The translations under genes and the position numbers were made by a program. DNA of 42,524 nt from Catajapyx aquilonaris (Eukaryota). Every line of letters begins with the position of its first letter. Within the stretch, counting starts at the first letter, position 1. Of the stretch, positions 36,905 through 42,524 are shown piece by piece. The notes beneath the pieces are model-generated. The model saw nothing but the letters and a program-made list of their open reading frames with translations, made no database searches and was not told where the DNA came from. The stretch lies in the NCBI GenBank assembly GCA_000934665.2, contig KZ538884.1, forward strand, positions 1 through 42,524. The letters run 5' to 3'.

Positions 36905-37158
36905 GGCGGCATTGCGGTGTAGTGGCTGTCGCCACAACCTTCCACATCTGAGGTCACCAGTTATATCCCCGGGTCGGACAGAGGATACTTATGTGGATAG
37001 TGTTTCGATGGGCTATCTCCATGTTTGCGTCGGTTTTCTCGGGGCTCTCCCGTTTCCTCCCACAATCAAAGACTCATAACAGCACAGGCAATGATTAAAG
37101 ACGGTTAATTAAAAGTTGATCCCCTAAGAGGCCCATGAGGCCCTATCACGGGGGCATC

Positions 37159-37212
<54 letters not shown>
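36905..37212 (+). mobile_element. Near full-length tRNA-derived SINE with V-domain-like core and long (ATT)n tail
   Basis: Box A-like CGGTGTAGTGG and decayed box B AGTTATATCCC. Body matches 20452-20675. Tail GGGCCCATGAGGCCC-TATCACGGGG followed by (ATT)n. Confidence 0.85.
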
Positions 37213-37216
<4 letters not shown>

Positions 37217-37332
37217 TTCAACTCTTGTGCATTATGAGGATAGGTACATAGAATTTGCATTTGGCATAGTTACGCGTAGGAAACAATATTTTTCAATGGT
37301 TTATAGAGCAATTTGAATTTTAGAAGAAACTA

Positions 37333-38001
37333 CAGCCTTTCCCGAAAGTTTAGGAGAACCCCCTTATCAGAGATTTTTCATTTCTCAAGCTTAAACTTAT
37401 GATACACAAAAGTGTAAGGTACGGTTGAAAGAGTCATCAAAAACGCTATAAAACATAAAAGGAACGGGCATCCTAGGTTCCACGGAAGGGGAGATTAATT
37501 GTTTTGTCTTTAAACAATATCTGCAAAAACCTACATTTTCAACTATAAATATTAATAAATAAAGATGACCGTCACGATTTGACTCGTGGTTTTTATTTTC
37601 CTACGGCAAGAGATAAACCACGAACCCGGAAAAAAATCGGTAGCCGAATTATTATTATTTCAATTCCCACTCATTATGGGAAGGAAAGAGGACGGAAATG
37701 GGAAAAATATATTAAGCTATATCATTTAAATGTGAATTTTTCATGGTTATGCGTAATTTCCTGTTTCCTGTTTATTTCCTGTCATAGGAAAACAAAAACC
37801 ACGCGTCAAATCGCGACGGTCATCATGATTTATTAATATTTATAGTTGAACAGGTAGGTTTTTGACCGTTCCATTTATGTTTTATAGCGTTTTCGAAGAT
37901 TCTCAACCGTACCTTATACTTTTAATTTGTACCATAAGTTTAAGCTTGAGAAATGAAAAACCTCTAGATGGGGAGTGGTCCTAAACTTTCGGGAAAGGCT
38001 G
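37333..38001. mobile_element. Tc1-like foldback MITE (669 bp)
   Basis: TA|CAGCCTTTCCCGAAAGTTTAGGA ... TCCTAAACTTTCGGGAAAGGCTG|TA. Inverted similarity continues with indels to ~37620/37770. Confidence 0.92.
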
Positions 38002-41000
38002 TAATATCTTAGGTCACAATGTCAAAATTTAGAGTTCGATACCAAAGCCACACATCAGTCGCAAAAACCAGCCCTTATTTGGTCAGAGAGAAAGGTACAT
38101 TTGTTGGACAAGTCAATATGATTAAAATTGACATTGACGATGAAATAATGCGAACATCACGGGATGGATACTGCACATTACAAAAGAAATGATAAGACAC
38201 TTTCACGGCAAGCTTCACGTCAGTTTAAATTTGAATTACAAATTGCCTTTTGCCTTCCAACTTCATTTGGGGACATGTGGTTAACTTTCATATAGGCTAC
38301 CGCAGCAATGGTTTTTTGCAATGTCAATACAGGCCTAATAACAGACTACGAGGATACAGCATAAAAATGTTTCAATATGAATAATGTATATTGAACACAG
38401 ATAATTTATTCCGGCACTATGATTGTATGGAATCAGGCACGAGGTGGAATAGAATATGCGTGTAGTATGCTTGTGCGTTAGTTGGTAGGCTACCTGTACG
38501 GTATAAATCATGTAAAATCATAATTATTATGCTACCTCTCTAAAGAAAAGGTTCGGCGGGAGGTATATACTGTACTGGTGCGGTACAACATCAGCACTCT
38601 TGTGTGATTATTTATTTCTCGCAGCCTAGACTTCACTTGGGGCGAAATCAGACGGTTGCATTCCTCTAGCATACGTCTGGCCGAAACTCGGATTACGAGA
38701 GAGTACTACATGCACGTATAATATCGTATTTAGGAATCTCTTTTGTCAAGCCCTAGCACTATACTACAGTAGTTGAATGGCACAAGATGCACGCCGTGCA
38801 GCTTGTTTTCTGTCGGTGTCAAACTTGCAGTAGACACATTTTGCACATTTTTAGCCTACACGCTGCAAGTCCATGTGATTCAATCATGATCCCTCAAAAT
38901 AAGCGGTAGAAAATGAGCGAACATCAGCAGGAAGGCTCAAAACACGCCAAGTATGGCGCGTTCCATTTGTTACAGCGGGTTTGACAACCACCAAAAAAGT
39001 GTATCACCTGACCAACTCGGGGCAAAAATATACACAGAAAACTAGTAGTGTAAACACGCATAATTTGCTCCGTCAAATTTTGTACAGTGTGGCCACGAGT
39101 GTGGCCCAGATTTTGAGAGCATTTGCTTGAGAACAAGAAACTCTGAAAATGCAATTGGCGCCATTCAGATGGCGTCCAGCGCGGCCAGCGCCTCCACCGA
39201 CCCAATTCCGAACAGATATCCGGTCACGGGATATCCGATTATTACCCTGAGCATCCGGGTTCTCCGAGCCATAATTAACACAAGTCTCCAGCTACGGTAT
39301 TACTTGCGGCCGGAGAAGCCCCAATCAAGCGATAAAGGCACTTTAATCAAACAACGCCAGGAGTAACGTGCCATTGCATTCTTGATTAGGAACACGGGCT
39401 TAAGTAGTATATTACAGTGTTGTCTAAAAATGTTTTGTGATGTTACTGCAACACAGTGGGCGAGACAATGGAAGTGGCTTACAGGCTTTATTGACTACGA
39501 TTGGTATATTGTCTCAGTGAAGGGGGTTGCGGAGACCCTGCATCAAATGATCCACTAGTTCACCCTGCAAGTTTGTCTGAATCATTATGAAACACCATGT
39601 GTAAAAACGGCAGTATTGCGTGTTCTCCGAATAGGCAGTAGAGGACTCACGTACACACTCAAGTGCGTACGTGGCACCCCTACAGCTCTCAGTAAAGTAG
39701 CATATTGATCTAATCCGTTGTTGCAACATTTAATAGCTACTTATCCTGAAAAAGAAACAACCCACACATACAGAGGGAGATAGCTTTATTATGACAACCA
39801 TGTCTTTGAACCAAACTCCACTTTCATCACAACTGTTGCTAAACACTCTACGGTAAGTGAGTGGGTTATACCGTTTACGATTGTTGCAAATCTGTTTCCG
39901 TAACGACAGCAGTGAATTTCAAGCACGTCCAGATACTTCCATCCCAAAGTACTTTCCGATCTCAGCGGTGATCAACCAGGCGTAGCGGCTTCTGGGTTAA
40001 ATCCCTCCCAAACACTATAGGCAACTATCAGGGAAGGGTATACCACTATAGCAGTCAATGATATACAGTTGGTTTCAGTAGAAAAATCGAATAATTTTCT
40101 CAGATAACCAGCCAGTTTTTAGCCACGAACCAGGCCTTATACAGTATATTAGGTTACATCTTGTGATCCACAGAGCCAAAATAACAGCTCCCTTGTCAAC
40201 ACATTAGAAAAAATTCATTAGCCAATTGAATAAACTTAAATTTGAAGGAGGGAAGGATGGGTTGGTTTCATAGCAAATAACATTTAAAACTACCTCTGGA
40301 GGCTCGAGATTTCCTCCTGTCAGACGCATGGAGATCAAAAAAGACGAACTAATTTTGACGCCCTTCATCAAGAGCCTCAACTTTTGCACAGGGCAACAAA
40401 AGGCTATGTCACCGTCTTCGCGTCAGCCTTGAATTATTTAATTAGCTGGTGCAGACTCTGGTAGGCCGCCTCCTTTAAGAAGCACCTTTGTTTCAGCAGA
40501 CGGGCGAGGGGAAGGGGGTGGTGAGAAGGAAGCATCCTTTGCTTAAGGCCATAATTAATGAGTTAATCAAAGAGAGGTTCGGCTGTTGAGTCCACGAGAT
40601 GGGCCACCCCCCTCAACCCTACATCCCACATCAACCCCACCTTCTCCCAACCCCTGTCCCCTCCAATCCCCCGCTCTTCTCACTTCTCTGTAAAGGTAGT
40701 CGGGGGATCTGGACCCTCCAGCTTATTATCCTGGTACACAGGCAATTACAAGGCGTGATCTGGGATCCGTGCTACGGTTATAGTCCACGGGGGCTCACTG
40801 TTCAGGAAAAGCCTCCAGACCACCAAGCTTCCGACTCATATTGGGATTGAAGATAAGGGTAGGAAACGGATCGATCCATCGATCGATCGATGCATTCTCT
40901 CCACTTCTCTTTCTCCCTCTACCCCTCTTACTTCTACCATGTTCGATCACCAGAATGTGGCGGGGGATTTAGTTGGACAATGACAGGGGGATGTCACCTC

Positions 41001-41674
41001 TGCACATTAGCATATCAAAAATGTTCTATATGAAATTGGAAACATTTCCTATTCTTAGCACTAGATGACAGGGCTCAAGGAACCCTGAATGGAATATCAA
41101 TTTCCTGGTCGAAAACGTGACAGCACCACTTCCGCCACATGTACTCAACCTCCTCTGGCTTTTCAAAGTATATTAGCTTAAAGGATGACCAGGCTGTACA
41201 TTTACTAGATTTCTACTATGAAAAATATTTTCAATCGAAACTCTGTGACAAACAATCGTCTTCAAACTTGGATTTTTTCTGACTTTGAAATAATATCTTA
41301 TTCATAGGCACTTGCTACACTCACAACGGGGGGGGGGGGACATGAAGTGGGCTCTGTCAGATTTGCATGAAACTTGCACAGTACTCGTAGGTGTATCACA
41401 GGGCTACAATTTCACTGGTATGGGCCATTTTCTGCTACGACCAGCTGTTGTCGATCTATGAGGGACAATAGATCCGCATGGGTGCGTTCAGGAGAGTAAG
41501 GTAAGGGGACGGGAAGCGCTAGGAAAGCATGCTGTTCAGTTTCCAGGGGCACGTGGCTAGTAAACAACAAGGTAACCAACATCGCAATTCTCCAGGGAGG
41601 GTTCGAATCACGTTAGAATCATCTTCAGTTGTTGTTCCCTTGGCAAGCTGCTTTGCAAGTGAGGCCTGGTTTAA

Positions 41675-42110
41675 CCCTTAACTACTTAGGTGGGGCCTGA
41701 GCAGCCCCAACAGTATATTTAACTCTCTGCTTATCAGCTAAATTGTTATAGCATACAGAAAGTTCAGTTCAGATCATTAAGCTTCCGAAAACGTGAAAAT
41801 CACACACTCAGTCAGCATAGAAAAATGAGTATTGTTTATGACTTATTAGCAGTAACGTTTGGGCTCACTCTTGTCAGCCACTCGCCGCAGCATTGAGCGG
41901 CTCCAGGTGGAACCTATTCCTCCTTACGAATTTTTTTCAGCCAAAGAATAGCGACTAAAATTTTTCTCCCTCCTTGTTATGCTTAGGAATGTTTTTGTCA
42001 CAAATTCACGGAAGGACGCGGGGGGGGGGGGGNGGGTAAATTGGAAAGTAACACACGTTTAATTAAAAATAGTGGTTGGGGCCTCTCAGGCCCCACTAAG
42101 TAGGTAAGGG
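41675..42110. mobile_element. piggyBac-like MITE
   Basis: TTAA|CCCTTAACTACTTAGGTGGGGCCTGAG ... CTCAGGCCCCACTAAGTAGGTAAGGG|TTAA; TTAA TSD and CCC termini. Confidence 0.9.
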
Positions 42111-42434
42111 TTAATATTATTTTTTGGCTTGTTTTCCATCAATGCAATGGTTGATTTGTGTTTCACAATGGAGAGCCCCGACCCTTTCCAATGTGTCAGT
42201 TTCAAAAATATTGCTTCAGTTCTGACTTCTGGTGGAGCAATACAAAATGTATTGCCCGAAAGATTTCGAGGAAAATAAGGCACAAGTGCATTAGAACAAC
42301 TGATCGGAAATACGGAAAAAAGTGTTCGACTTGGTGATTGAGGTTCTAGATGATTGGATACAGTCGCCCAGGTACCGGTATGTATATTGACACATCGATA
42401 ATCCCAGTCATCCTGTAGGCATATATTGTATGTA

Positions 42435-42524
42435 CGAGGGAGGGTCAAAAAGTTATCTACCTAGGTATGAAGGACATGTGTTACAACTCTCACAATGTCA
42501 TTTTTTATCGATGTAATCTCCCTT
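42435..42524. mobile_element. Probable end of a mariner-like element running off the window
   Basis: TA|CGAGGGAGGGTCAAAAAGT resembles mariner TIR starts. Only one end is visible. Confidence 0.5.

Noticed and set aside
39514..39729. Tc1/mariner C-terminal-like peptide (LQQRI...LECVRES)
   Set aside because: Spacing is wrong and there is no upstream DL.P.DF motif.
1..42524. CRISPR array, operon or other prokaryotic/viral system
   Set aside because: No regularly spaced repeats, no dense ORFs and no viral motifs; the sequence is eukaryotic intron.

Overview
Eukaryotic, almost certainly arthropod (insect-like) genomic DNA from a repeat-rich draft assembly, with one 260-N gap. Only one convincing protein-coding segment is present: a 207-bp minus-strand exon (21142-21348, phase 1-1, AG/GT flanked). 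It encodes the C-terminal part of an Ig domain typical of Sidestep/nephrin-like cell-surface receptors. I found no neighbouring exons, so the rest of the window is probably two introns of more than 21 kb each. These are filled with non-autonomous DNA transposons (Tc1/mariner, pogo/Tigger, PIF/Harbinger, hAT, piggyBac, Kolobok-like, possibly Helentron-like), tRNA-derived SINEs (three with a V-SINE-like core), a solo LTR and microsatellites. Nearly all ORFs in the track are spurious. I see no clear new multi-gene system. The most unusual items are an ~830-bp foldback with DINE-1/Helentron-like ends nested in a Kolobok-like element, a solo LTR with two long hairpins, SINEs that mix bodies and tails, and a perfect 44-bp palindrome inside one SINE. 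Family assignments come from terminal motifs and TSDs read by eye, not from database searches.
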